The notes under the pieces: model-generated
Seen by the model: only the letters and a program-made list of their open reading frames with translations
The model's database searches: none
What the model was told of the DNA's origin: nothing
Shown here: one piece after another, positions 43,483-52,818 of the stretch
How positions within the stretch are numbered: the first letter of the stretch is position 1
How the letters are laid out: every line of letters begins with the position of its first letter
Assembly (NCBI GenBank): GCA_965222375.1
Contig: CBDCTZ010000015.1
Location: 192,001 to 256,000, forward strand
Source of the DNA: Polyangiaceae bacterium
Lineage (GTDB): Bacteria > Myxococcota_A > Polyangia > Polyangiales > Polyangiaceae
Direction: 5' to 3'
DNA: 64,000 nucleotides
Program-made: the position numbers and the translations under genes

Positions 43483-43714
43483 GACTGCCGCGAAGCTGTG
43501 GGCAACACGCTGGAAAGTCAACGAAAAGGGCGGCCGGTGACCCGGCCGGGAAGTAGTGGTCCAGGGCGCACCAGCGAAAACGCGCTTGTGACGCGCTTCG
43601 CGATGCCCGACGGGGCAATACCCGAAAGGGTGCGACTCCAACCGTCAGCCCAAGTCCGCGAAGCGAGTCCAATCAAGTCCCACGCCCCGCGCGGGCTGCT
43701 ATGTTCGGCAGGTG

Positions 43715-45064
43715 ATGAAGCGCGGAAGAAGGTCGGGTCGAGCCTTGCAGTTATCCACAGCCGCAGCCGCGGGCCTATGCCTGGCGGCGTGCGGCGAGTC
43801 GGATTCGAGCGGATCGCCGGGCAGCGGCGGCGCGAGTGTCGGCGGCGGAGCGGGTACCGGAGCGAACGCAGGCAGCGGAGGCAATGCAGGCAGCAGCGGG
43901 AGCTCATCCGGCGGCTCATCCGGCGCCAGCACTGGGGGCTCTGCGGGCACCGGCGGCGGAGGCGGTGCGCCGAAACTGGAGGGCTACGGCACCCAGAGTC
44001 CCTTCGGGTCAGGCGCCGGCTCCGAGAGTTGCGTCGTCAAGAACACCAACGACTCGGGCCCGGACTCGTTGCGAGAGTGCATCACGGACCGAAACGGGCC
44101 GGTGGCCAACCCAACGCCGCGGATCATCACTTTCAGCGTGTCTGGGACGATCACGTTGCTCAGCGACCTGCGCATTCGCCAGCCGTACCTGACCGTGGAC
44201 GGACTGTCCGCGCCGGCGCCGGGCATCACCATCGAAAAACAGGGCGACGGCACTGACGGCGAAACCGGCGTCACGACTTGGAAGGGCAACAACACCTGCG
44301 GCCACGACGTTTTGGTTCAAGGGCTTCGCTTCAAGGGCACGTGGCCGCGCAACACGGAGACCCACAATCAGAACGCCGGCAACATGTCCATTGACGGCGA
44401 AGACTTGCCAGGCTGCCTCAAGAATGTCGTGCTGTGGCGCAACACCTACGTGAGCGCCCAGGACTCTTCCGGGGACATGTGGGGCTCGATGCAGGACGTC
44501 ACCTTTGCCTACAACCTCGTGATCTACTCGCTACACCCGCAGTCCATCTCACACTTTCCCGGAGACACAGCCGGCCAAGAAGGACAGCGCATCAGCGTGC
44601 ACCACAACGTGTACGCGCATGTTCACGAGCGGATCCCCAACGTGCGAGGCAACATCTGGGACGCCAACATCGAGCAGAACATCTTCCATCGCTGGGCGGC
44701 CTTTGGCTTCGGCGGCGGCTATGCGACCAAGTTCCGATGCCGAGGCAGCGGCTGCCCCATGCGCATCAACTTGCTCGAGAACCACTACACCTCGACGGGT
44801 ACCGCCTTGGACCACGCCCTCGACTTCCAGGACGGCGCGGATCCGGCGCAGGTCTTCAGCTCCGGCAATCGCTTTCCCAAGGAAGAGACCGAGGACGGCA
44901 GCGCGGCGAAGGCCTTCCCTCGCACGGATAGCGTCACGTTGCTGCCGGACAATGCGGTCGCGGCACAAATGCTGCCGCATGTGGGGCAGCCAACGCGTAC
45001 AGCTGAGGAGAGCGCCGTGCTCAAAGAAATCGAGACGGCTGTGTCTACGGAGGTCGGGAACTAG
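43715..45064 (+). CDS. lipoprotein with pectate lyase (PL1-like) domain
   Basis: LAAC lipobox; NDSGPDSLR, PRIITFSVSGTI, PYLTVDGLSAPAPGITI, HHNVY..RIP. Confidence 0.8.
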   Translation: MKRGRRSGRALQLSTAAAAGLCLAACGESDSSGSPGSGGASVGGGAGTGANAGSGGNAGSSGSSSGGSSGASTGGSAGTGGGGGAPKLEGYGTQSPFGSGAGSESCVVKNTNDSGPDSLRECITDRNGPVANPTPRIITFSVSGTITLLSDLRIRQPYLTVDGLSAPAPGITIEKQGDGTDGETGVTTWKGNNTCGHDVLVQGLRFKGTWPRNTETHNQNAGNMSIDGEDLPGCLKNVVLWRNTYVSAQDSSGDMWGSMQDVTFAYNLVIYSLHPQSISHFPGDTAGQEGQRISVHHNVYAHVHERIPNVRGNIWDANIEQNIFHRWAAFGFGGGYATKFRCRGSGCPMRINLLENHYTSTGTALDHALDFQDGADPAQVFSSGNRFPKEETEDGSAAKAFPRTDSVTLLPDNAVAAQMLPHVGQPTRTAEESAVLKEIETAVSTEVGN

Positions 45065-45128
45065 TCTGAATTCACTACGCGGTCGGTTGGCAGCGTTCCC
45101 CGGCGGTTTTGAGCTACACTAGGCGGCA

Positions 45129-46340
45129 ATGTCGATTTCTTTCTTGGCGAAGTGGCGCGCCGCATTCCTTGGGGCCGCTACTTTGGGGCTGCTCATGCCG
45201 CGCTGTGGCGGGGACGACTTCAGCGAGGGCTCGACCCCGAAAAACGACGCAGGCGCGGATGCCTCCACGGGTGGTTGTCCCGCCGGGAGCAAGGAGTGTG
45301 CAGGCAACTGCGTGCCCTTCGACGACCCGGCGTTCGGGTGCAGCTCGCCGGTATGCGATCCCTGCCCCGGCTTGAATGGCAAAGCGGCGTGTAGCAATGG
45401 CTGCCAGCTTCTATGCGACGCAGGGTTCGAAGACTGCGACAAGGACCCGGCCAACGGCTGCGAAACCGTCACCAAGTTCGATCCGGAAAACTGCGGCAGC
45501 TGTGACAAGAAGTGCACCTCTGGGGAGAGCTGCGTCGACGGCGGCTGCATCAACACTGGGTGCCCAGGCGAGCAGGTGAAGTGCACGGTCAACGGCCCCT
45601 GCATCAACCTGGGTACCAAGGAAAACTGCGCGCACTGCTCGGACAAGTGTGGGCGCCCCAACACTCAGGCCACCTGTGACTCCGGCAAATGCAAGATCAC
45701 GAGCTGCAGCCAGGGCTTCGCTGACTGCAACAATGATCCCAAGGACGGCTGCGAAACCAACCTGCAGAATAGCGGTGCGCACTGTGGCGCATGTGATCGC
45801 AAATGCGAGCTGACCAATGCCGTGTCCACCCAATGCGTCGCAGGTGTGTGCGCACCCAGCTGCAAGCGTAGTGGAGGTCAGTACTTCGCCGATTGCACCC
45901 AACCCCAAGCGCCCACCGAAGATGACGGCTGCGAGACGAACATCACAGATCCCGCCAATTGCGGCGGATGCGGGCTGGCGTGCCAGACCGGGCTGGTCTG
46001 CGCGCTCAAAGGAGGAACACCCTGGCCCCGCTGCATATGCACCCAGGACAAGCAATGCACGGAGAAGGTTTCAAGCGTCATCCCCAATACTGCGTGCAAC
46101 GAAGCCGCGGGTAAGTGTAGCTGTCCAAGCTCCGAGTCATGCGCGCCCGGGGAGATATGCGTTGCACTCCCTAAAGCGGTCGTCTGCGATTGCGGCGGAG
46201 TGAAGTGCCTACCCGGCCAGCATTGTTGTTCCGACGGCTGCAAGGACGTCGAAACTGACCCCAAGAATTGCGGCGCCTGCGGCCGCACCTGCGCCCCGGG
46301 TCAGGCGTGCAAAGGCTGGACCTGCATTAGTCCGGACTGA
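45129..46340 (+). CDS. Cys-rich repeat lipoprotein
   Basis: Repeats DCxxDPxNGCE and DPxNCGxCxxxC. Confidence 0.85.
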   Translation: MSISFLAKWRAAFLGAATLGLLMPRCGGDDFSEGSTPKNDAGADASTGGCPAGSKECAGNCVPFDDPAFGCSSPVCDPCPGLNGKAACSNGCQLLCDAGFEDCDKDPANGCETVTKFDPENCGSCDKKCTSGESCVDGGCINTGCPGEQVKCTVNGPCINLGTKENCAHCSDKCGRPNTQATCDSGKCKITSCSQGFADCNNDPKDGCETNLQNSGAHCGACDRKCELTNAVSTQCVAGVCAPSCKRSGGQYFADCTQPQAPTEDDGCETNITDPANCGGCGLACQTGLVCALKGGTPWPRCICTQDKQCTEKVSSVIPNTACNEAAGKCSCPSSESCAPGEICVALPKAVVCDCGGVKCLPGQHCCSDGCKDVETDPKNCGACGRTCAPGQACKGWTCISPD

Positions 46341-47349
46341 GCACGATCTTGCCGACGTTCTTGCCGAATTCGAGCTCACCGTGGGCATCCGCAGCGCGGG
46401 AAAAAGGATAGCTACCACCGACCACGGGATCGATCTTGCCGCTCGCGTAGAGCTCCATGATTCCGTTGAGTGAGCGCTCCATCAGCTCACGCTCGCCGAA
46501 TAGGTGACCCATGTTCACGCCCGACACCGTGCGGTTGTCGTTCATCAGCTTCATGGGCGAAAAGCGCGGCACCTTCGCCAACTGCGACAGCACATTGAGC
46601 AGACTGCGCTTGCCACCGGTGTTGGCATTGGCCAAGCCAAACGCGATCAGCATGCCCGTAGGCTTGAGCAGTTTGTAACCTTTCCGCCAGTCACCACCGC
46701 CCAAGGGGTCGAGCACGAGGTCCACGCCCCGGCCCTTGGTCAAATGGCGCACTTCCTCGGCGTAGTCTTTGGTCCGGTAATCGATGGGGTGATCGCAGCC
46801 TTGTTTGCGTATGGCTTCGTGCTTCTTGGCAGATGCGGTGCCGTAGGTGACGACATCGGGAACGGTCTGACACAACTGCAGCGCCGCAGTGCCCACGCCA
46901 CCCGCCGCCATGTGGATCAGCACGTGCTCGCCCGGGCGGAGCCGCGCGATCCCGAATAGCATGTGATAGGCGGTCAAGTAGGTGACCGGCAAAGCTGCAG
47001 CGGACTCGAAACTCATCTTGTCGGGGATCGGAATGGCCTGGTCCGCAGTCACGCAAACGGAACTCGCGTGCGCGCCGAACTTCGACAGGAAAAGGACCCG
47101 CGTGCCTTCCTTCGGATCGGTGACGCCGGAGCCGACCTTGTCCACGATGCCCGAGCCCTCGTAGCCCACGACGCAGGGTGGCTTGGGCGCATCCGGGTAC
47201 AGACCTTGGCGCGCCATGACCTCGGCAAAGTTCAAGCCTGCAGCGTGCACCTTGATCCGCACTTGGCCGGACGCCGGCTCGGGATCCGGCGCCTCACGCA
47301 CCTGCAACACTTCGGGCCCACCGTGACGCGTGATCGTAATGGCTTGCAT
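46327..47349 (-). CDS. MDR family NADPH:quinone oxidoreductase (VAT-1-like)
   Basis: GGPEVL, GLNFAE..RQGLY, GYEGSG, HMAAGGVG, NVGKIVL. Confidence 0.93.
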   Translation of the reverse strand: MQAITITRHGGPEVLQVREAPDPEPASGQVRIKVHAAGLNFAEVMARQGLYPDAPKPPCVVGYEGSGIVDKVGSGVTDPKEGTRVLFLSKFGAHASSVCVTADQAIPIPDKMSFESAAALPVTYLTAYHMLFGIARLRPGEHVLIHMAAGGVGTAALQLCQTVPDVVTYGTASAKKHEAIRKQGCDHPIDYRTKDYAEEVRHLTKGRGVDLVLDPLGGGDWRKGYKLLKPTGMLIAFGLANANTGGKRSLLNVLSQLAKVPRFSPMKLMNDNRTVSGVNMGHLFGERELMERSLNGIMELYASGKIDPVVGGSYPFSRAADAHGELEFGKNVGKIVLSPD

Positions 47350-47472
47350 GCGATTTCCCCTTTTCGAAAGGCGAGCGAACGTAAGGACGGGTCGCGCGAT
47401 GTCGAGGGTGAAAAACGGGACCGGCTACACTTTGGCTGTAACCCCGCCCCCGGCCTTGCCGTAACCCCCTAG

Positions 47473-48237
47473 ATGCTCGGGTTTTCAGGCGCTGGGGCGC
47501 TTCGTTTTTCGTGCGGGCTCAGCCTCGCTCTGGTCGTGGCCTGCGGCGGTGAAGACAGTCGGCCCGGTGGGCCGGGCGGCAGTGGAGCAACGGGCGGCGC
47601 CCTCGGTGGGGGAGCCGGCAGCGGAACGGGTGGCAGCGGCGGAAGCGCCGGGAACGCAAGTGGTGGCACAGCTGGGTCGGCCGGCTCTGCGGGCGCCGGC
47701 GCGAGTGCTGGGTCGGGGGGAACGGCGGGCTCGGGAGGAAGTGGGGGTACGGGTGGCAGCGCCGCGGTGTGTCCACCCGTAGGTCCCTACGGTGGGAACG
47801 TGGGCGACATCGCCGAAGACGTCACGCTGTACGACTGCGACGGCAAGCCCGTGTCATTGCACAGCCTGTGCAACAAGAAAGCCTCCGCGGTGTTTACCTT
47901 CGCCATCTGGTGTCCGATCTGCAAAGCGCACATGGACAAGGGCGAGCCGCAAGCGCTGTACGCGAACCACCAAAACGACGACTTCGAGATGTTCGTGGTG
48001 GTGACGGAGACGGGCACGGGCGCCAATGCCACCGCTGCGCATTGCGTGAACATCCGCGACACTTACGGTCTGAAGATGCCCGTCTTCTTCGACAAGAACG
48101 CCGAACTGGTCACCAAGCTGGGTCTCGCAGTCAACAGCGGCGCCTTGGTCATGAGCGCTGGGGCGCGCATCGAGCTCAAGCAGTCCTACGGCTTCGACGC
48201 CATGGCGAAAGCCATTCCGACCGTACTTGCGAAGTAG
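47473..48237 (+). CDS. lipoprotein with TlpA/redoxin domain (CPIC)
   Basis: VVAC lipobox; GDIAEDVTLYDCDGKPVSL, FAIWCPIC. Confidence 0.85.
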   Translation: MLGFSGAGALRFSCGLSLALVVACGGEDSRPGGPGGSGATGGALGGGAGSGTGGSGGSAGNASGGTAGSAGSAGAGASAGSGGTAGSGGSGGTGGSAAVCPPVGPYGGNVGDIAEDVTLYDCDGKPVSLHSLCNKKASAVFTFAIWCPICKAHMDKGEPQALYANHQNDDFEMFVVVTETGTGANATAAHCVNIRDTYGLKMPVFFDKNAELVTKLGLAVNSGALVMSAGARIELKQSYGFDAMAKAIPTVLAK

Positions 48238-48333
48238 GCGCAACGAGCACCGCACACGCGGGCGTCGAACTCGCTACCTCTGGGCTGGTAGCAATTAGGT
48301 TTCAAGCAGAGTGGGAGCAGAGACTCGAGTCGT

Positions 48334-49266
48334 TCACCACGCCGTGTCGTGGATTGCGAGTTGGTCGATCCAGCCGTTCGCCGACGTGGGGCTGGCGACA
48401 TTGCTCGGCTCGGAGCCGATCCAGATCAGCCGCCCCGGGATCACGTTCGGCGACGCGGGGACTGTCTCTTTCTGCGAGTAGGTAATCTGACTGTCTCCCA
48501 CCCAGACCTTCAGAGGCGCGCCGTTCTTCCAGCTGATGGAGATGAACGTCCACTCGTCCTTTGGCATTTGCTGCTCCGTGACGGATCCGAATGCCGACAC
48601 TTTCCCTGGGCTCAGGTGATAATCGAAGACGATTCTGTGTTTGCCGCCAAACAGCTCTCGAATCAAGCGGATCCCGCCGTTAGGGAGGTTCGCTGTCCTG
48701 ACGAGCGCACGGTTCCCCGGATCGCTCGCGGAGTAGTCGGGTTTGTACCAGAACCGCAACGACCCCTCAGCGTAGTTGATGTTTGGCGACCCGGCTGTCG
48801 GCTGTTCCTCAAAGGCGAGCTTCTTTTTGCTGTCGGTGAAGTGGATGCCGTTGCCGCAGATCGTCGGGCCAAAATCCGCTTTGACGAGTTGCTCTTGGAC
48901 GAAACCCGTTGCGTCACCCACGTCGGCAGAGCCGAGGTTGCTGAGAGCTTCGAGTTCGTGCAGGAAAGTCACGTTGGGCGGCAACACCTTGGGATGAGAG
49001 TTGCACTTGGGTGGGTTGCCCCCAGCTCCCGAGCCGCCGTCAACACCGCCAGTGCCACCGCTCGAACCCGCAACGCCGCCAGAACCCGCAACACCGCCAG
49101 AGCCCGCCACACCGCCGGAACCGGCCGTCGCGCCACCGCCGCCCGAAGTGCCCGCGGTACCAGCTCCACCGCCAGAACCGCCCTTGGCGGTGGACTTGGA
49201 AGAACACCCAGCCACGAGCACCAGGACTCCAATGGCGGCTGTGGCTGCGAATCCAACAGAACGCAT
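48334..49266 (-). CDS. lipoprotein with LamG/ConA-like domain
   Basis: VAGC lipobox; EGSLRFWYKP, WTFISISW, NGWIDQLAI. Confidence 0.75.
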   Translation of the reverse strand: MRSVGFAATAAIGVLVLVAGCSSKSTAKGGSGGGAGTAGTSGGGGATAGSGGVAGSGGVAGSGGVAGSSGGTGGVDGGSGAGGNPPKCNSHPKVLPPNVTFLHELEALSNLGSADVGDATGFVQEQLVKADFGPTICGNGIHFTDSKKKLAFEEQPTAGSPNINYAEGSLRFWYKPDYSASDPGNRALVRTANLPNGGIRLIRELFGGKHRIVFDYHLSPGKVSAFGSVTEQQMPKDEWTFISISWKNGAPLKVWVGDSQITYSQKETVPASPNVIPGRLIWIGSEPSNVASPTSANGWIDQLAIHDTAW

Positions 49267-49466
49267 AGCCCGGCACGTTAGCATCCTTGCCTCCGTTCCG
49301 CTTCGAGCAGCGCCGGGCGGCGGACAAGACGCTCGACAACCGCCGCGGCAGATCCGTGTTCGTGGCGGATACCTATAGCTGTTTGGGCGCTCGAGCCGGA
49401 GTCCGACGGGCACCGGGTTCCTCGTCCAGCTCTTCGCCGGGACCTTCCGTCTCGGCGTCGACGTCT

Positions 49467-50852
49467 TCAATCGCCTACAGCGAACAGGGTCCCATCACAT
49501 TGCAGGGCGACGACGTCGCCATCACTAGTCAGCGCTGCGTCCAAGAGGCATGACCCGGCGCTGGGCGGCGACACCTGCCAGCGCATCGCGCCGCTCTCCT
49601 CGTCGAAGGCCACCAGTGCCTTCGCGGCGACCACGAGGGTGCCGTTGGACGCGAGGCTTGCGCGCCTCGCCGGAACCGCTTGGGTCCACCGCACATTGCC
49701 GTCGCGATCGACTGCGGCCAAATCCGAAATGCCTTCTCCCGCGTTGATGCCCACGATGGCCGTGCCCGCCCGGGTAATGGCGAAGACTTCACTGGCGAAG
49801 ATCTCGCCCGCGCCGAAGCTCAGCTCGAAAGTCGTGGGCGTTCCCGACTGCGCATCGAGAGTCACCATTTTCGAGCCGGTCAGCGGTCCGAGCAGGACGA
49901 CAATGCTCCCGTCCGGCCGAACCGCAGGACCGCCCAAGCGTTGTCCCGAAAGGTCGGTCTGCCAGAGCATTGCCCCGGTCTCGGGATCGAGAGCGACGCC
50001 GATCGAACCCACGCCGGATGGACCGAGCGAACCGACGACCGCGATCACTTCGCCCCCCCCGCCCAGTGCGAGCGTTGAAGCCAGCTGTAGTTTCGTCTCA
50101 TTGCCTGTGAAAACCAGATCGTCGAGCTTGGGCGTGGTCCAGGCCACGACGCCACCCGGATGAACCCGCGAGATGAACGTGGCGGAGTTCGCGGTCCCGA
50201 CGTTTTCTCTGTGCACCAGGTACAAGCTGCCGTCAGCACCGACAGCCGGATTCCGCGGCACAGTGTAGAAGTCGAATCCGAAAGTGGTGGGCGTGAAGTC
50301 TCCGGACTGCGCGTCAATCTGAAGCAGCGTTTCTGCGAAGGGCTCGGCGCGAACGAAGACGTCGACCAGACCGGCCGACAAGACCACCGGCCAAATGGTC
50401 GCGTCGACGGTGTCGATTTCAACTGTCCATTGGACCGCGCCGGCGTTGGATCGCCGGCGTTGGATCGCTCCTTGACTCGAAGCCTTGTGTCCGCTGACGA
50501 CGTACACGTCGCTCGAGGCGCCCGTCGTGAGCGCGCCAGGACTCAGTTGCCCAGATCCGAAGGTAGAAACCTGCCGGGTCCATTTCAGCTGAGGATTGAC
50601 CGGAGCTGGGACACGCGCGCGACCATCGCGCGTAGAGCAGTTGCGCCACATGGCTGCGGGGCCGGCAATGGCCGACGGACAGGGATCTTCGAGGGGATTG
50701 CTACCGCCGCTACCCGCTGTGCCCCCGGCGCCCGCAGCTGCGGCCCCTGACCCGGACGGCAAGCTGAGCGGGCTCCGGGAGCCGCAGGCGAACAGCATGA
50801 ACGCGAACGCCAGCAATGCGGACTGAGCCCCTCGCTTCGCTACGCCTTTCAT
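49467..50852 (-). CDS. lipoprotein with PQQ-like beta-propeller repeats
   Basis: LFACGSR lipobox; ALDPETGAMLWQ, AFDEESGAMRWQ, PAVGADG. Confidence 0.8.
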   Translation of the reverse strand: MKGVAKRGAQSALLAFAFMLFACGSRSPLSLPSGSGAAAAGAGGTAGSGGSNPLEDPCPSAIAGPAAMWRNCSTRDGRARVPAPVNPQLKWTRQVSTFGSGQLSPGALTTGASSDVYVVSGHKASSQGAIQRRRSNAGAVQWTVEIDTVDATIWPVVLSAGLVDVFVRAEPFAETLLQIDAQSGDFTPTTFGFDFYTVPRNPAVGADGSLYLVHRENVGTANSATFISRVHPGGVVAWTTPKLDDLVFTGNETKLQLASTLALGGGGEVIAVVGSLGPSGVGSIGVALDPETGAMLWQTDLSGQRLGGPAVRPDGSIVVLLGPLTGSKMVTLDAQSGTPTTFELSFGAGEIFASEVFAITRAGTAIVGINAGEGISDLAAVDRDGNVRWTQAVPARRASLASNGTLVVAAKALVAFDEESGAMRWQVSPPSAGSCLLDAALTSDGDVVALQCDGTLFAVGD

Positions 50853-51030
50853 GGCGTCAACGTTATCTGGCGAGAGGGCGGCGACAAGGACACTTCGGGG
50901 CTCCTTGGCGTCAAAGGAGCGAGAAACTCGGCAAGCGCAAACCCAAGAAACGCATCTGGGGCGCACATCGCAGCTCCGCGAGCTCAGAACGCCTGCCGCT
51001 TCGGCCGCGGGGGCCGAAAGCGGCTGACGC

Positions 51031-51795
51031 CTACTCGCATTTGGAAGTCGAGCCGTTGCAGGTCCACCCGCTACAGCACGGCCCCGTAAGCGAATCGCAG
51101 GAATCACCCGCAATGCCGCAACATATTCGCTGACCCGGTTTACCGATGCAGTCCCGGGCGCCGCAGCATGGAGCGGCAGTCGTGCACGGGAGCCCTGGGT
51201 CCTGGCAGAAGCCACCGGTACCACCACTTCCGCCGCTGCTCACGGCGCCGGTGCCACCCGTCGCAACGCCTCCAGTACCGCCCGTCGCGACGCCTCCGCT
51301 GCCGCCCGTCGCGACGCCTCCGCTGCCACCCGTCGCGACGCCTCCGCTGCCGCCCGTCGCGACGCCTCCGCTGCCACCCGTCGCGACGCCTCCGCTGCCA
51401 CCCGTTGCGACGCCTCCGCTGCCGCCCGTCGCGACGCCTCCGCTGCCACCCGTTGCGACGCCGCCTGTGCCGCCGGTCGCTCCCCCGGCGGTGCCCCCAG
51501 TGGCAACGCCTGCGGCACCTCCGGTCGCAACACCGCCGCTGCCACCACTGCCCCCACTTCCCGCAGCACCACTCGATCCGCTGCTGCCCCCGGTGCCTCC
51601 ACCGCCCCCAGCTCCGCAGACGCAACTGTCCCAGGTCCCGTTTGCCCGACAACTGCGGGTGCCGACGCAATTGTTCGCCCCGACGCATTGCTCCGTTTCG
51701 GGAGCGGTGCAGTTCACCGTAGAAGTCGACCTCGACGATTCAGACGAACACGCAATCACGATCACAGCCGCGCCCCAGGTGAGGATGGATCGCAT
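51031..51795 (-). CDS. lipoprotein: Cys domain, Gly repeat stalk, knottin-like Cys tip
   Basis: VIAC lipobox; GGVATGGS repeats; C-terminal C-C-CC-C-C pattern twice. Confidence 0.85.
   Translation of the reverse strand: MRSILTWGAAVIVIACSSESSRSTSTVNCTAPETEQCVGANNCVGTRSCRANGTWDSCVCGAGGGGGTGGSSGSSGAAGSGGSGGSGGVATGGAAGVATGGTAGGATGGTGGVATGGSGGVATGGSGGVATGGSGGVATGGSGGVATGGSGGVATGGSGGVATGGSGGVATGGTGGVATGGTGAVSSGGSGGTGGFCQDPGLPCTTAAPCCGARDCIGKPGQRICCGIAGDSCDSLTGPCCSGWTCNGSTSKCE
51255..51480 (-). repeat. 24-bp coding tandem repeat (GGVATGGS), about 9 copies
   Basis: cgcctccgctgccgcccgtcgcga units. Confidence 0.92.
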
Positions 51796-51860
51796 GCGAA
51801 CGGCTTGCCCTCGTCGCCTCGGACGCGCCCCTCGTAAGGTCTCAGAATCCCGCTGACCCG

Positions 51861-52589
51861 CTACCCACATGTTCCGCTTGGACCAGTACATTTCTTCTTG
51901 CAGCAAAGACTAATATTGCAGGGCGTGCTGCCTTGGCCGGACTCGTAGCAGCATTTTTCGGACAAGGCGTGGCACGTCGCCCCGCCACAGCAGTTTGGTG
52001 TTGTTGGGGAGCATGTGCTGCCAACGTTGGTACACGTCGCTCCGCCGCCGGTGCCGCCGCTGCTCGTGCCGCCGCTGCTCGTGCCGCCACTGCTCGTGCC
52101 GCCACTGCTCGTGCCGCCACTGCTCGTGCCGCCACTGCTCGTGCCACCACTGCTTGTGCCGCCCGTCGCCACGCCCCCAGTTCCGACACCACCCGTGCCG
52201 CCACTAGCCAGACCGCCCGTTCCACCGGTCACGCCGCCGGTACCACCGGTGGTCGCGGCACCAACGCCGCCCGTATTCGCACCGCCGCCGCCACCCGAGC
52301 CGCTGCTTCCGCCACCCGAGCCCGCAGCCACCCCACCGCTACCCGCAGCACCTGTTCCAGCTCCCGAGGAACCACCGCCGCCTCCGGCCCCGCCAGCGCC
52401 GCAACTGCACGGCCCCCAGATCTTGTCGTTCTGGCAGCTGCGAATACCAATGCAGCTAGCGGCGCCAACACATTGTTCCGTCTGCGGCGGCTCACATCTG
52501 ACTGTCTGCTCAGACGACGACTTGGAAGACGACGACGAACATGCCAGCGCCAGAGCCAACGTGGACAAGACAAGACTGCCAAAACGCAT
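51861..52589 (-). CDS. paralogous lipoprotein with GGTSS repeat stalk and Cys tip
   Basis: ALAC lipobox; TEQCVGA..C.G.RSC shared with 51031-51795. Confidence 0.85.
   Translation of the reverse strand: MRFGSLVLSTLALALACSSSSSKSSSEQTVRCEPPQTEQCVGAASCIGIRSCQNDKIWGPCSCGAGGAGGGGGSSGAGTGAAGSGGVAAGSGGGSSGSGGGGGANTGGVGAATTGGTGGVTGGTGGLASGGTGGVGTGGVATGGTSSGGTSSGGTSSGGTSSGGTSSGGTSSGGTSSGGTGGGATCTNVGSTCSPTTPNCCGGATCHALSEKCCYESGQGSTPCNISLCCKKKCTGPSGTCG
52050..52160 (-). repeat. 15-bp coding tandem repeat (GGTSS), 7 copies
   Basis: gtgccgccactgctc units. Confidence 0.92.
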
Positions 52590-52818
52590 TGTCCTTAGTA
52601 GTAGCGAAAAACTGAACTCTGGGCCACCTTCACAGGCCAGCGTTACCTCCGAGCTCCGCCGCCACCCGCTAATGAGAGCACGAAGCGACTCTTCTTGCGT
52701 CTTTCGTCTACGATATGGGCACCCAACGCCCGCGGCGCGCGCGAAAGGCCGCCCGCGCGGGCTGGCGCCCTGGCAACACCCCAGCGCGCGCCCCTCAGCC
52801 CCGCAAGATCAAACTAGT

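Noticed and set aside
43605..43650. c-di-GMP-I riboswitch (GGCAA-TACCC-GAAA-GGGTG-CGAC)
   Set aside because: Only the GAAA hairpin matches; GACGCAAAG and the second stem with tetraloop receptor are not evident
51255..52160. CRISPR array
   Set aside because: Head-to-tail in-frame coding repeats with no unique spacers; no cas genes
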